A stretch of 64,000 nt of DNA from Alphaproteobacteria bacterium. GTDB lineage: Bacteria; Pseudomonadota; Alphaproteobacteria; UBA2966. The stretch spans positions 544,001 to 608,000 of the forward strand of contig OZ219856.1 of assembly GCA_964291395.2 (NCBI GenBank), in the 5' to 3' direction. Positions 19,236 through 28,337 of this stretch are shown here, one piece after another. Within the stretch, counting starts at the first letter, position 1. Every line of letters begins with the position of its first letter. The position numbers and the translations under genes are program-made. Under the pieces are notes generated by a model. The model was not told the DNA's origin and ran no database searches. It saw only the letters and a list, made by a program, of their open reading frames with translations.

Positions 19236-19551
19236 TCAGCGCGGGCCGCGCCGCGGGACGCGCGCTTTCTTCTCGGCTTTCGCGAGCTCCCGCTGTAGGC
19301 GTTCGAAACCATGGTTCGGCTTCCGGGTAATCCACGCTCTCCATGACGTTCAGCCGGAGCGGCCGCCGCCCGCCCCATACGGCGCTTCCTGAAGACGTCG
19401 CCACGCGTCACCATCGCCGCGCCGATTTTACGCCTGCCGCGTTCGACATACACCTCCCGGATGGAGTCGCCCGTACGCAGGATCGGCTCAAACGGGGCCA
19501 TGCGCAGACGTTATCACGGATGCCGGACCAAAATTCCTCCGTCATGGTCAT
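19236..19551 (-). pseudogene. Probable multiply frameshifted remnant of a small gene
   Basis: Protein-like, GC3-rich segments hop between frames: MTMTEEFWSGIRDN / LRMAPFEPILRTGDSIREVYVERG... / RLNVMESVDYPEAEPW / FERLQRELAKAEKKARVPR. Confidence 0.35.
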
Positions 19552-19692
19552 GCCTTGTTTTTCGAGGGGGCTGGCAAGACTCTCACGATCTGCACGGCGG
19601 AGACCGCGAAGGTGATCGGTGCTAAATTGGGAAGTATGGCGGCCCGGCATGATCGGCGTCGCGACCAGCCTCCACAACGGACGGGCAGCCAC

Positions 19693-20841
19693 ATGACTTC
19701 ACCTCAGCCGTTCCGGATTTCGGTTTCCGACGAGACCCTCGATCGCATACGGACCAGGGTCGCCGACTACCGGTGGCACGAGATGCCGGACGACGGCGGC
19801 TGGGGCTACGGCACCAATCTCGACTACATGAAGGAGTTCTGCGCCTACTGGGTGGAGGATTTCGACTGGCGGGCGCAGGAGGAGCGGCTCAACCGTTTCT
19901 CTCATTTCACCGCGCCCGTCGGCGGCATCGGCATCCACTTCATCCACGAGAAGGGCAGCGGGCCGGAGCCCCTGCCGCTGCTCGTCGCCCACGGCTGGCC
20001 CGGTTCGATCTCGGAGTTCGACGGGATCATCGAGCCGTTGGCCCATCCCGAACGCTTCGGCGGCAGCGAGGAGGACGCGTTCGACGTGATCGCCCCGTCG
20101 CTGCCGGGCTTCGGCTTTTCGGGCCGGCCGCCGAGGCCGATGGGGCCGCGGGGCATGGCCGGCGTGTTCGCCAGTCTGATGACCGAGTCCCTGGGATACG
20201 GGAGCTACGTGGCCCAGGGCGGCGATTGGGGCGGCGCCATCTCGAGCTGGCTCGGGCTGGAGCACGCGCCGGCGTGCCGGGCCATCCACATCAACATCCT
20301 GACCATGCGCCATCCGGACGGTCCGCAGGGCCCGGAGGAGGAGGCCTGGGCCGCCCGCTTCGAGCGGGAGCAGGAGATGGAGAACGGCTACCGCACGATC
20401 CAGGCAACCAAACCGCAGACGCTGAGCTACGCCATGAACGACAGTCCCGTCGGAGTCGCGGCCTGGATCGTCGAGAAATTCAATTCCTGGTCGGACACCG
20501 ACGGCGACGACATCGAGAGCGCCCACACCAAGGACGAGCTTCTGACCAACATCATGATCTATCTGGTGACGGGCACCTTCAACTCGGCGAGCTGGATCTA
20601 CTACGGCCGGCGCGAGGAGGGGGGGCGCATCCTCTCCCCGGAGGGCAGGCGGGTCGAGGTGCCGACAGGATGCGCCTTGTTTCCCGAGGAGCTCCTGGCC
20701 TGGCCGCCCCGCAGCTACGTGGAGCGGCTCTACAACGTCACGCATTGGACCGAGATGCCGCGGGGCGGACATTTCGGGGCCATGGAGGAGCCGGAGCTGA
20801 TGATCGAGGACATTCGCGCGTTCGCGCGGATGCTGAGGTGA
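19693..20841 (+). CDS. Epoxide hydrolase (microsomal EH-like alpha/beta hydrolase)
   Basis: PFRISV, HGWPGS, APSLPGFGFS, AQGGDWG nucleophile, DSPVG, GGHFGAMEEP. Confidence 0.93.
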   Translation: MTSPQPFRISVSDETLDRIRTRVADYRWHEMPDDGGWGYGTNLDYMKEFCAYWVEDFDWRAQEERLNRFSHFTAPVGGIGIHFIHEKGSGPEPLPLLVAHGWPGSISEFDGIIEPLAHPERFGGSEEDAFDVIAPSLPGFGFSGRPPRPMGPRGMAGVFASLMTESLGYGSYVAQGGDWGGAISSWLGLEHAPACRAIHINILTMRHPDGPQGPEEEAWAARFEREQEMENGYRTIQATKPQTLSYAMNDSPVGVAAWIVEKFNSWSDTDGDDIESAHTKDELLTNIMIYLVTGTFNSASWIYYGRREEGGRILSPEGRRVEVPTGCALFPEELLAWPPRSYVERLYNVTHWTEMPRGGHFGAMEEPELMIEDIRAFARMLR

Positions 20842-20900
20842 GCGCGCGAGATGCCGGCCGATGGGCTCTTTCCGCCAGACGGTCGCCGCCGCCTGCCGGT

Positions 20901-21569
20901 TCACGGCCTCCGGCTCAGGAAATCGAAATAGGTGTCAGGGTAGGGTTCGCCGCTCAGGGCGAAGTGCCACCACTCCTGGGCGTAGGGCAGGAACCCCCGT
21001 GCCGTCATGAGGCTCTGCAGCAGCGCTCGGTTCGCCCGCTGCTGGGGCGTGACCTCGCGGCTGTCCGGCCAGGAAGCCGGCCCGAAATAATCGAACGGGG
21101 ATCCCATGTCGAGTTCACGGAGCAGCCCGTCGCCTTCGCGGTAGACGATGGTGACGTCCACCGTGCTGCCCCTCGAGTGGCTTGACCGGCTGGCGATATA
21201 GCCCTCCTCGAACAGGTTCTCCTTGGCGACGTCGGGGTAGTAGTCGGGCTTGGTCCGTTGATCGTCGAGATCCCTACCCCACCGGACGAAGTGATCGACC
21301 GCCCGCTGCGGCCGGTAGGCATCGAAGATCTTGAGCCCGAGGCCGAAGGGCCGCAGCACCGCCTGGACCCCGGCGAGAGCCGTGGCGGCCGGCGCCGACA
21401 GGACCGCGCGTGCGTGCCGGTACCCGTCGATCCGCTGGCCGACGAAGTTGTTCGCGGTGGCGTAGCGCAGGTCGATCGCGAGATCGGGAATCGCCTGGTC
21501 GAGGTAGACGAAGCCATCCGGGAGGGGATGACGGTCGTTCGCGGCAACCGCGGGGGCACTGGCCGCCAC
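20901..21569 (-). CDS. ddpX: D-alanyl-D-alanine dipeptidase (M15D, VanX/DdpX); 5' end possibly truncated
   Basis: LRYATANNFVG, FDAYRPQRAV, SSHSRGSTVD, EWWHF. Confidence 0.88.
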   Translation of the reverse strand: MAASAPAVAANDRHPLPDGFVYLDQAIPDLAIDLRYATANNFVGQRIDGYRHARAVLSAPAATALAGVQAVLRPFGLGLKIFDAYRPQRAVDHFVRWGRDLDDQRTKPDYYPDVAKENLFEEGYIASRSSHSRGSTVDVTIVYREGDGLLRELDMGSPFDYFGPASWPDSREVTPQQRANRALLQSLMTARGFLPYAQEWWHFALSGEPYPDTYFDFLSRRP

Positions 21570-21581
21570 CAGAGGCGCGGT

Positions 21582-22520
21582 TCAGGCTGCCTTCTCGCCC
21601 CGGATCGTCGTGCGATGCATGTGCCGGCGGTCTTTCTCGTAGTCGTAGTCGTTGATGGCGTAGTGCATCAGCGTGCGGTTGTCCCAGAACACGATATCGT
21701 TCGGTCTCCACGCGTGGCGGTACACGAACCGCGGCTGCGAGGCGTGATCTGCGAGGAAGTCGAGCAACGCGGCGCTTTCCTCCCGCGTCATGCCGACGAT
21801 GCCGGTCGTGAACCCGGGACTGAGGAACAACGACTTGCGCCCCGTCTCGGGATGCTCGCGCACGAGGGGATGGATCACCGGCGGAGTCCTGGCCAGCTGC
21901 TCCGGCGTGATCGGTTCGTTGAGACCGAGGTTCTTCACGAGGCTCTGCACCTTGGCGAAACTGTGCTCGGCCTCCAGCCCTTCCAGAAACGACCGCATCG
22001 GCGCGGACAGGGCGTCATAGGCCAACGCCAGGTTCGCGAACATGGTGTCGCCGCCGACCTCGGGAACCTCGATGGCGCGGAGCAGGGAGCCGAGCGACGG
22101 TTGCGCCATATAGGAGAGGTCGGAATGCCAATAGTGCCCGGCGCCGGCGCGACCCACGCGTTTCCCGTCCTTCTTCAGGTTCGAGAGGATGTAGATCTCG
22201 GGCAGCCCGTCGAGCAGGGCGTCGTTCAAGACATGATGCTCGAGTTCCCCGAAGCGCCTGCTGAACGCGACATGAGCCTCGGGCGAGATGTCCTGGTCGC
22301 GGAACAACAGCAGGCCATGGGTGTTGAAGGCATTCCGCAGCGTAGCGATCTCGGCGTCGGAGAAGTCCCGCGACAGGTCGATATCGCGGACCAGCGCACC
22401 CAACGCCTGCGAGGCCTTCGTGACGGTCATCTTCGATTCGGCGACGCGGCGGCGCGGCGGAGCCTGCCTCCCGGCCTTGCCCGCGCGCTCCGCGCCGGCG
22501 GTCTCGCTTGCGATTGACAT
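21582..22520 (-). CDS. TauD/TfdA family Fe(II)/2-oxoglutarate dioxygenase
   Basis: WHSDLSY (HxD), GGDTMFAN, HPLVREHPETGRKSL, WDNRTLMHYA. Confidence 0.92.
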   Translation of the reverse strand: MSIASETAGAERAGKAGRQAPPRRRVAESKMTVTKASQALGALVRDIDLSRDFSDAEIATLRNAFNTHGLLLFRDQDISPEAHVAFSRRFGELEHHVLNDALLDGLPEIYILSNLKKDGKRVGRAGAGHYWHSDLSYMAQPSLGSLLRAIEVPEVGGDTMFANLALAYDALSAPMRSFLEGLEAEHSFAKVQSLVKNLGLNEPITPEQLARTPPVIHPLVREHPETGRKSLFLSPGFTTGIVGMTREESAALLDFLADHASQPRFVYRHAWRPNDIVFWDNRTLMHYAINDYDYEKDRRHMHRTTIRGEKAA

Positions 22521-22749
22521 CGATCGTTCCCCTTCGGCAGGTCGTCCCTTGGGATGGGAATATGCCGTCTATCACCGGACCTTGGCAAATTCACGCTGCG
22601 CGGCATCCGGGGCCAAGGGGATTCCCCTTCACGGTAATCGGAACGAACGCCGCCGCCTTGGGCGCCGGGCGCGTTCGTGATATGCAGGCGCGCCCGTCCG
22701 GGCGATCCATCGCGCACCCCGTTCCCAACCACGGGCAAGACATACGGTA

Positions 22750-23235
22750 ATGACCATATCTGACAAAGCCCTCCTTCACGTCCTCAAGCTGCTTGAGGAG
22801 GCCGACAACCTCGCGATCGAGGTCGAGTCGGGTGGCATGCGTCTCACGGCCCGGAAAGGCGACGCCGCCTCAATTCCGCGGACGGATGCCGCTGCCACAG
22901 GTCCGAATGCGAGCGGTGGTGAGGCCGGCGCTCCGTTGCCGGAACCGGCACCCGCGGCGGCGACCGAACCGTCCGCCGACGCGGCGGAAGACGGGGTGAT
23001 CGTCGTGCGTTCACCGATGAAGGGCACGTTCTACCGGGCTCCGGCTCCGGGAGAACCCCCGTACTGCGACGCCGGCGACCGGGTCGGCCCCGACGACACC
23101 GTGTGCCTGGTCGAGATCATGAAGCTGTTCAACTCGATCCCGGCCGGGGTCTCGGGGACCGTCGAGAGGTTCTTCGTCGAGAACGCCGCACCCGTCGACT
23201 TGAACCAGCCCATCGTCTCGATCCGTGCCGACTGA
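22750..23235 (+). CDS. Biotin carboxyl carrier protein (AccB-like)
   Basis: Ala/Pro-rich linker, SPMKGTFYRAPAPG, EIMKLFN biotinylation site. Confidence 0.9.
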   Translation: MTISDKALLHVLKLLEEADNLAIEVESGGMRLTARKGDAASIPRTDAAATGPNASGGEAGAPLPEPAPAAATEPSADAAEDGVIVVRSPMKGTFYRAPAPGEPPYCDAGDRVGPDDTVCLVEIMKLFNSIPAGVSGTVERFFVENAAPVDLNQPIVSIRAD

Positions 23236-23263
23236 GGCCGCTGCACCAAAGCCTGATCCGCCA

Positions 23264-24745
23264 ATGTCCCGGCGATTACAGGTCTTCGACACCACCCTGC
23301 GGGACGGGCACCAGTGCCTGTGGGCGACGCGCATGCCGACGGCCATGATGCTGCCGGTCATCGAGACCTTCGATCGCACGGGCTATGGTGCCATCGAGCT
23401 GATGGGCAACGTGCATTTTGACGCCTGCGTTCGCTATCTGCGTGAGAATCCCTTTGAACGCCTGCGTGAAGTCAAGAAGCGGCTGGTCCGGACGCCGCTC
23501 CAGGGCTTCATCCGCAGTGCCTGCGTCCTCGGATTCGACATCAAGCCCGCCGATATCAACCGCCTTTGGGTCGACGTCCTGCTGCGCAACGGGACCGACC
23601 GTCTGCTCGCCTTCGACGGGCTTCACGATTTCGACAACACGGCGCCCTACCTGAGATACGCGAAGGAAAACGGGGCGCGGACCGTCCATTGGCTGATATT
23701 CAGCGACAGTCCGGTCCATACCGACGAGATGTATGCCGCCAAGGCGCGCGAGATCATCGACCGCGCCGACGTCGACGAGATCGTCATCCAGGACACGAGC
23801 GGAATCCTCACGCCGGAGCGCGCGGCAACTCTCGTGCCGGCGCTGAGGGCCGCGGCCGGCGACCGGCCGTTGGGTCTACACAGCCATTGCCTGGTGGGTC
23901 TTCCCCAGCGGACCTATCTCGAGGCCGCGCGGCACGGCGTGGACGGGCTGTATACCTGCGTCTCCCCCATCGCCGACGGTAACGCGCCGCCCTCGGTCCA
24001 GACGACAGCGAGAAATCTGCGCTATGCGGGCTATGAGCTCGACATCGACGACGCGGCGATCGATGCCATCAGCCGACATCTCGACGCCGGGATCACCCTG
24101 CTCGGCAAGCCCCCGGGGCGGCCGCAGGATTTCGATCTCGGTCAGTTCGATCACCAGATCCCTGGCGGCGTGATGTCCAATCTGATCGCCAATCTGGAGC
24201 AGGCGGGCATGGCCGACCGGCTCGCCGCGGTCCTTGAGGAATCCGGCCGGGTGCGGGCCGAACTGGGTTGGCCCATCATGGTCACGCCGTTTTCCCAGCA
24301 CGTCGCCGTGCAGGCGGCGCTCAACATCATCCACGGCGAGCGCTACGGTGTCGTCCTCGACGAGGTCAAGCTCTACGCCTTGGGATATTTCGGAAAGCTG
24401 CCGGCCCCGGTCGAGCCGGACGTCCTGGACCGCATCATCGAGAGGGGATCGGCGGCGATCGCCTTGGACCCCCCGGAACCGGAGCCGGCCGTGGAGCGGC
24501 TGCGCCGGCAGTATCCCGGAATCGACGATGAGGAGCGCATGCTTCGCTATTCCTTCCCGGAGGATGCGGTCGACGACCTCTACGCCCGGCCCGGCGACAA
24601 CCTGCCCCCGACGATGTCCGTTCCGTTCCTCGACCTGGTCGACAAGCTGCGGGACCGGAACGTCCCGGCCCGGATCTCGGCCGGGGGCGCGGACATCGAC
24701 GTGGAGATCAGTCCCGCCGCGGCGTCCCGCGGGAGCGGCGCGTAG
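23264..24745 (+). CDS. Pyruvate carboxylase subunit B / oxaloacetate decarboxylase alpha-like carboxyltransferase, copy 1
   Basis: DTTLRDGHQ, LHSH, HQIPGGVMSNL, GWPIMVTPFSQ; alternative GTG start at 23225. Confidence 0.85.
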   Translation: MSRRLQVFDTTLRDGHQCLWATRMPTAMMLPVIETFDRTGYGAIELMGNVHFDACVRYLRENPFERLREVKKRLVRTPLQGFIRSACVLGFDIKPADINRLWVDVLLRNGTDRLLAFDGLHDFDNTAPYLRYAKENGARTVHWLIFSDSPVHTDEMYAAKAREIIDRADVDEIVIQDTSGILTPERAATLVPALRAAAGDRPLGLHSHCLVGLPQRTYLEAARHGVDGLYTCVSPIADGNAPPSVQTTARNLRYAGYELDIDDAAIDAISRHLDAGITLLGKPPGRPQDFDLGQFDHQIPGGVMSNLIANLEQAGMADRLAAVLEESGRVRAELGWPIMVTPFSQHVAVQAALNIIHGERYGVVLDEVKLYALGYFGKLPAPVEPDVLDRIIERGSAAIALDPPEPEPAVERLRRQYPGIDDEERMLRYSFPEDAVDDLYARPGDNLPPTMSVPFLDLVDKLRDRNVPARISAGGADIDVEISPAAASRGSGA

Positions 24746-24747
24746 CC

Positions 24748-26211
24748 ATGGCGCGGACCATCCGCATCGTGGACACCACGCTTCGCGACGGGCACCAGTG
24801 CCTGTGGGCGACGCGCATGCCGACGGCCATGATGCTGCCCGTGGCGGACGCCTTCGACCGCTCCGGATTCTGGGTCATCGAAATGATCGGGGCGGTTCAG
24901 TTCGACGCCTGCATGCGGTTCATCGGCGAGAATCCCTGGGCCCGCATCCGGGAACTCCGCCGCCGCATCTCACGACCCCTCCAGGTGATCATGCGCAGCA
25001 ACTGCGCCCTCAATTTCGATCGCCAGCCCGTCGACATCAACGAGCTCTGGGGGGAACTGCTGGCGAGGAACGGCCTCGACCGGGTCTATGCGTTCGACGG
25101 TCTGCACGACTACGACAACACGGTCCCCCAACTTCTGAGCGCCAAGGCGCATGGCGCCCGGATCGGTCACTGGCTGCTCTACAGCGTCAGCCCCGTCCAC
25201 ACCGACGAGCTCTATGTGCGCAAAGCGCGGGAGATCATCGACCGCGCCGGAGTCGAGGAACTCATCATCGAGGACGCGAGCGGCGTGCTGACCCCGGAAA
25301 GGGCCGCCACCCTGGTGCCGGCGCTCAAGCGGGAGATCGGCGACATGCCGCTCGGCCTACACATGCATTCCCTCGTCGGGCTGCCGCAGCGAACGTATCT
25401 GGAGGCCGTCAAGCACGGCGTCGACAACCTCTATTGCTGTGTCTGGCCAGTCGCGGACGGCAATGCGCCGCCATCCGTGCAGACGACCGTGCGTAACCTT
25501 CGATACGCGGGCTACGACGTGGCAGTGAACGACGAGGCGGTGGACGACATCAGCCGTCATTTCGAGGAGCAAGCCTTCCTGCACGACATGCCGACGGGCG
25601 ACCCGCAGGACTTCGACCTCGCGCACTTCGACCACCAGATCCCCGGTGGCGTCCTGTCGAACCTGATCTCCCAGCTCCGGGACGTTGGACTGGAGCACAA
25701 GCTTCCCCACGTCCTTGAGGAATGCGGCCGAGTGCGGGAGGATCTGGGCTGGCCGATACAGGTCACGCCGTTCGCCCAGTTCCTGGCGGTGCAGGGAACG
25801 TTCAACGCCATCCACGGCGAGCGCTACGCCGTGGTTCCGGACGAGGTGAAGAAGTATGCACTCGGCTACTTCGGCAAGCATCTGTCGCCGGTCGATCCGG
25901 ACGTCATGGACCGCATCGTCGAGCGGGGCTCCAAGCAGATCCCCTTGGAAGCGCCTGAGCCGGAGCCCGCCGTCGACCGGCTGCGCGCGCGGTATCCGGA
26001 CATGCCGGACGAAGAGCGGTTCCTGCGCTACTCGTTTCCCGAGGAGATCAGCGAGGCCACGCTGTCGAAAGATCCGATCGCACCACTTCCGCCCATCCTG
26101 ACATCGTCATTCGTCGACCTGCTCAAGGCGCTCCGCGAGATGAAGCGGGGCACCCACGTGTTCATCCGGCAGGGTGGCGTCGAGATCGCCGTGGAGGCGC
26201 GCACCGCGTAG
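24748..26211 (+). CDS. Pyruvate carboxylase subunit B / oxaloacetate decarboxylase alpha-like carboxyltransferase, copy 2
   Basis: DTTLRDGHQ, LHMH, HQIPGGVLSNL, GWPIQVTPFAQ; colinear paralogue of copy 1. Confidence 0.85.
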   Translation: MARTIRIVDTTLRDGHQCLWATRMPTAMMLPVADAFDRSGFWVIEMIGAVQFDACMRFIGENPWARIRELRRRISRPLQVIMRSNCALNFDRQPVDINELWGELLARNGLDRVYAFDGLHDYDNTVPQLLSAKAHGARIGHWLLYSVSPVHTDELYVRKAREIIDRAGVEELIIEDASGVLTPERAATLVPALKREIGDMPLGLHMHSLVGLPQRTYLEAVKHGVDNLYCCVWPVADGNAPPSVQTTVRNLRYAGYDVAVNDEAVDDISRHFEEQAFLHDMPTGDPQDFDLAHFDHQIPGGVLSNLISQLRDVGLEHKLPHVLEECGRVREDLGWPIQVTPFAQFLAVQGTFNAIHGERYAVVPDEVKKYALGYFGKHLSPVDPDVMDRIVERGSKQIPLEAPEPEPAVDRLRARYPDMPDEERFLRYSFPEEISEATLSKDPIAPLPPILTSSFVDLLKALREMKRGTHVFIRQGGVEIAVEARTA

Positions 26212-26231
26212 GACGGAGACGCCGGGCGGTC

Positions 26232-26265
26232 ACAAAATGTGCCCCACCGCGCGGGGTGGGGCACA
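26232..26265 (-). terminator. Terminator hairpin between convergent operons
   Basis: TGTGCCCCACC-gcgcgg-GGTGGGGCACA; TTTT follows on the minus strand. Confidence 0.7.
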
Positions 26266-26286
26266 CATGCCTGAGACGCGCTCGCG

Positions 26287-27360
26287 CTAGGAGCCCGCGC
26301 TCACCTTGCGGTTCCACTTTTCCGTGTAGACCGTGCGGTCGACCTTGGAGAAATCGATCGAGTACATGTTCTTGATTTCGTCGGGCTTCAGCCGCATGAA
26401 ATCCATGCCGGGCTCCGAGGCGTAATCGGCCAGGACATCTTCCCGAGAGGACAGCAGCCAGCCCTTCATGACGCCGCGCTGGTGCTGCTCGCTGATGAAC
26501 TGGTTGACGATCCAGTCGCGGGCCGCGTCGTTCTTGCCGCCCTTGATCTTGACCAGCCACCCCTGCTTGAGCACGCCGAAGATACCGGGCTTGACCTCGG
26601 CATGCGTTGCCCACAACGGGGCCACGCCCAATAGACGGCCCATGGTGTGGACGCCGGCACAGGCGGCCCAGACGTCTCCGCTCTTGAGCAGGGTCCGGAG
26701 CGCGGAGTTCGACTTCCAGAAGGCCTTCACTTCGAGGCTGGCGATCAGATCGAGCGCCGGGTCGATGTTGGACTCGTCGCCACCGCCTTCCAGGGCCATG
26801 CCGACGAGACAGGGCATCACGCCGCCACCGGCGATGTCGGGTACCGAGATCTTGCCCTGCAGCTTGGGGTGCTTCAGGTCCGCGTACTTCTTCGGCACCG
26901 GAATGCCGTGCTCCTTGAACTTCTCGGTGTTGTAGATGATGGCCGATTGGGTGGTCCAGGTCTTCACCCAGTGCTTCGACTTGTCCTGTTCCGCCAGGGC
27001 CGACGCGTTGGGGACCTTGCCGAAGTCGATCTCGTCGAGGTAGCCCTTGGCTGCCAACGGCGGCAGGAAGTCGTCTGTCGTTTCCATCAGATCGAACGGC
27101 GGTTCCGCGCCGCGCGACGCCACCAGCTTGCCGAAGTTGGGGCTGGGCGACCCGGCGACGTAGACCATCTTGCCGCCTTCCTTGGCGAAGGCCTCGCCGA
27201 CCGTCGATTCGATCAGGTTGCGCCATTTACCGCCGAAGCTCGCGACGCGAACCTCGACGCCGTCGAACATGCCGGCGAAGGACGGTTTGACGCCCGTGGT
27301 TGCCATGCCCGCGGCGACGAGGCCGACGGCCAACAACCTGATTGTTGTCCTAGAATTCAT
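26287..27360 (-). CDS. ABC transporter substrate-binding protein, PotD/PotF-like
   Basis: Signal peptide; VASFGGKW, KVPNA, IIYNTEK, PKKYADL motifs; ATG 27360. Confidence 0.85.
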   Translation of the reverse strand: MNSRTTIRLLAVGLVAAGMATTGVKPSFAGMFDGVEVRVASFGGKWRNLIESTVGEAFAKEGGKMVYVAGSPSPNFGKLVASRGAEPPFDLMETTDDFLPPLAAKGYLDEIDFGKVPNASALAEQDKSKHWVKTWTTQSAIIYNTEKFKEHGIPVPKKYADLKHPKLQGKISVPDIAGGGVMPCLVGMALEGGGDESNIDPALDLIASLEVKAFWKSNSALRTLLKSGDVWAACAGVHTMGRLLGVAPLWATHAEVKPGIFGVLKQGWLVKIKGGKNDAARDWIVNQFISEQHQRGVMKGWLLSSREDVLADYASEPGMDFMRLKPDEIKNMYSIDFSKVDRTVYTEKWNRKVSAGS

Positions 27361-27488
27361 GCTGTTCCTCCCAGTGGGTGCCTGTCCGACCAAGTACCAA
27401 GCGACGACACTTCTCGAACTTTGGGGACTCTAGTCCCGCGACGCGGCGCCGTCCAATCGACCCATCGAATCAGTCAAATGCACCGAAT

Positions 27489-28319
27489 TCATCTCGTGCG
27501 GACGAAGACGTCGAGGCCGGTGAACCGCTGGATTACGAGCAGCACGATCAGGGAGAAGACGACAACGATGGTCGACGCGGCGAGCACGGTCGTATCGAAT
27601 TCCTGCTCGAGTGCGAGGAAGACCTCGACGGGGAAGGTCGACGTTCCCGGCTTGGACAGGAATATGGCGATGGGAACGTCGCCGAACGACACCATGAATG
27701 CGTAGAGGCTGCCGGCGAAGACGCCGGGGGCGATCAACGGCAAAGTGATCCGCCGGAAGGTCGTCCACCGGCTGGCCCCCAATGTCTGCGCGGCTTCTTC
27801 CAGTGCCGGCTGGAAGCGCTGGAGCACCGGCACGACAGCTCCGATGACGAACGGCGTGGCCGCGAATACGTGGGCGATGGCGAGTCCGACGAACGTCCCG
27901 TTGGCGTACCACCCGGTCGCGGCGCCGATCGCGTAGTAGGCCTGCAGAAAGGCGAGGCCCATGACCACGCCCGGGATCTGCAGGGGCACGCGGAACAACG
28001 TCATGATCACGGACTTGCCCACGACGTTGCTGCGCACCAGCCCCAATGCCGCCGGTATGCCGATCAACGAGGCGCCGAGCGCCGCGGCGACCCCGACCGT
28101 GACGCTCAGGTAGATCCCGTCGGTGATGTATTCGGGGATGTTGAGATAGGCGTCGAAGGTGAAGCGCTCCGGCGGAAACACCACGTACGCCCGCTCCCCG
28201 TAGTCGAACGAAGAGGCCACCACGATGACGATCGGCGCGAAGAGGAATACGTAGACCGCGGCAAGAACGAAAGCTCGCGATCCTTTCGAGACAAGCTTGC
28301 CCCGCGTCTGAGGGTTCAT
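27489..28319 (-). CDS. ABC permease (PotC-like)
   Basis: FLFAPIVIVVASSF; EAA loop LEEAAQTLGASRWTTFRRITLP. Confidence 0.9.
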   Translation of the reverse strand: MNPQTRGKLVSKGSRAFVLAAVYVFLFAPIVIVVASSFDYGERAYVVFPPERFTFDAYLNIPEYITDGIYLSVTVGVAAALGASLIGIPAALGLVRSNVVGKSVIMTLFRVPLQIPGVVMGLAFLQAYYAIGAATGWYANGTFVGLAIAHVFAATPFVIGAVVPVLQRFQPALEEAAQTLGASRWTTFRRITLPLIAPGVFAGSLYAFMVSFGDVPIAIFLSKPGTSTFPVEVFLALEQEFDTTVLAASTIVVVFSLIVLLVIQRFTGLDVFVRTR

Positions 28320-28337
28320 CTTTGCGCCTCCCCTGCC

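Noticed and set aside
20901-21569. Vancomycin resistance locus
   Set aside because: Isolated VanX/DdpX homologue without vanH/vanA/vanRS; common in Gram-negative bacteria.
21570-21584. Second Sec read-through at the tauD UGA into ddpX
   Set aside because: The UGA falls at the normal TauD C-terminus (the paralogue also ends GEKAA-), there is no Cys-type motif, and I saw no SECIS-like hairpin.
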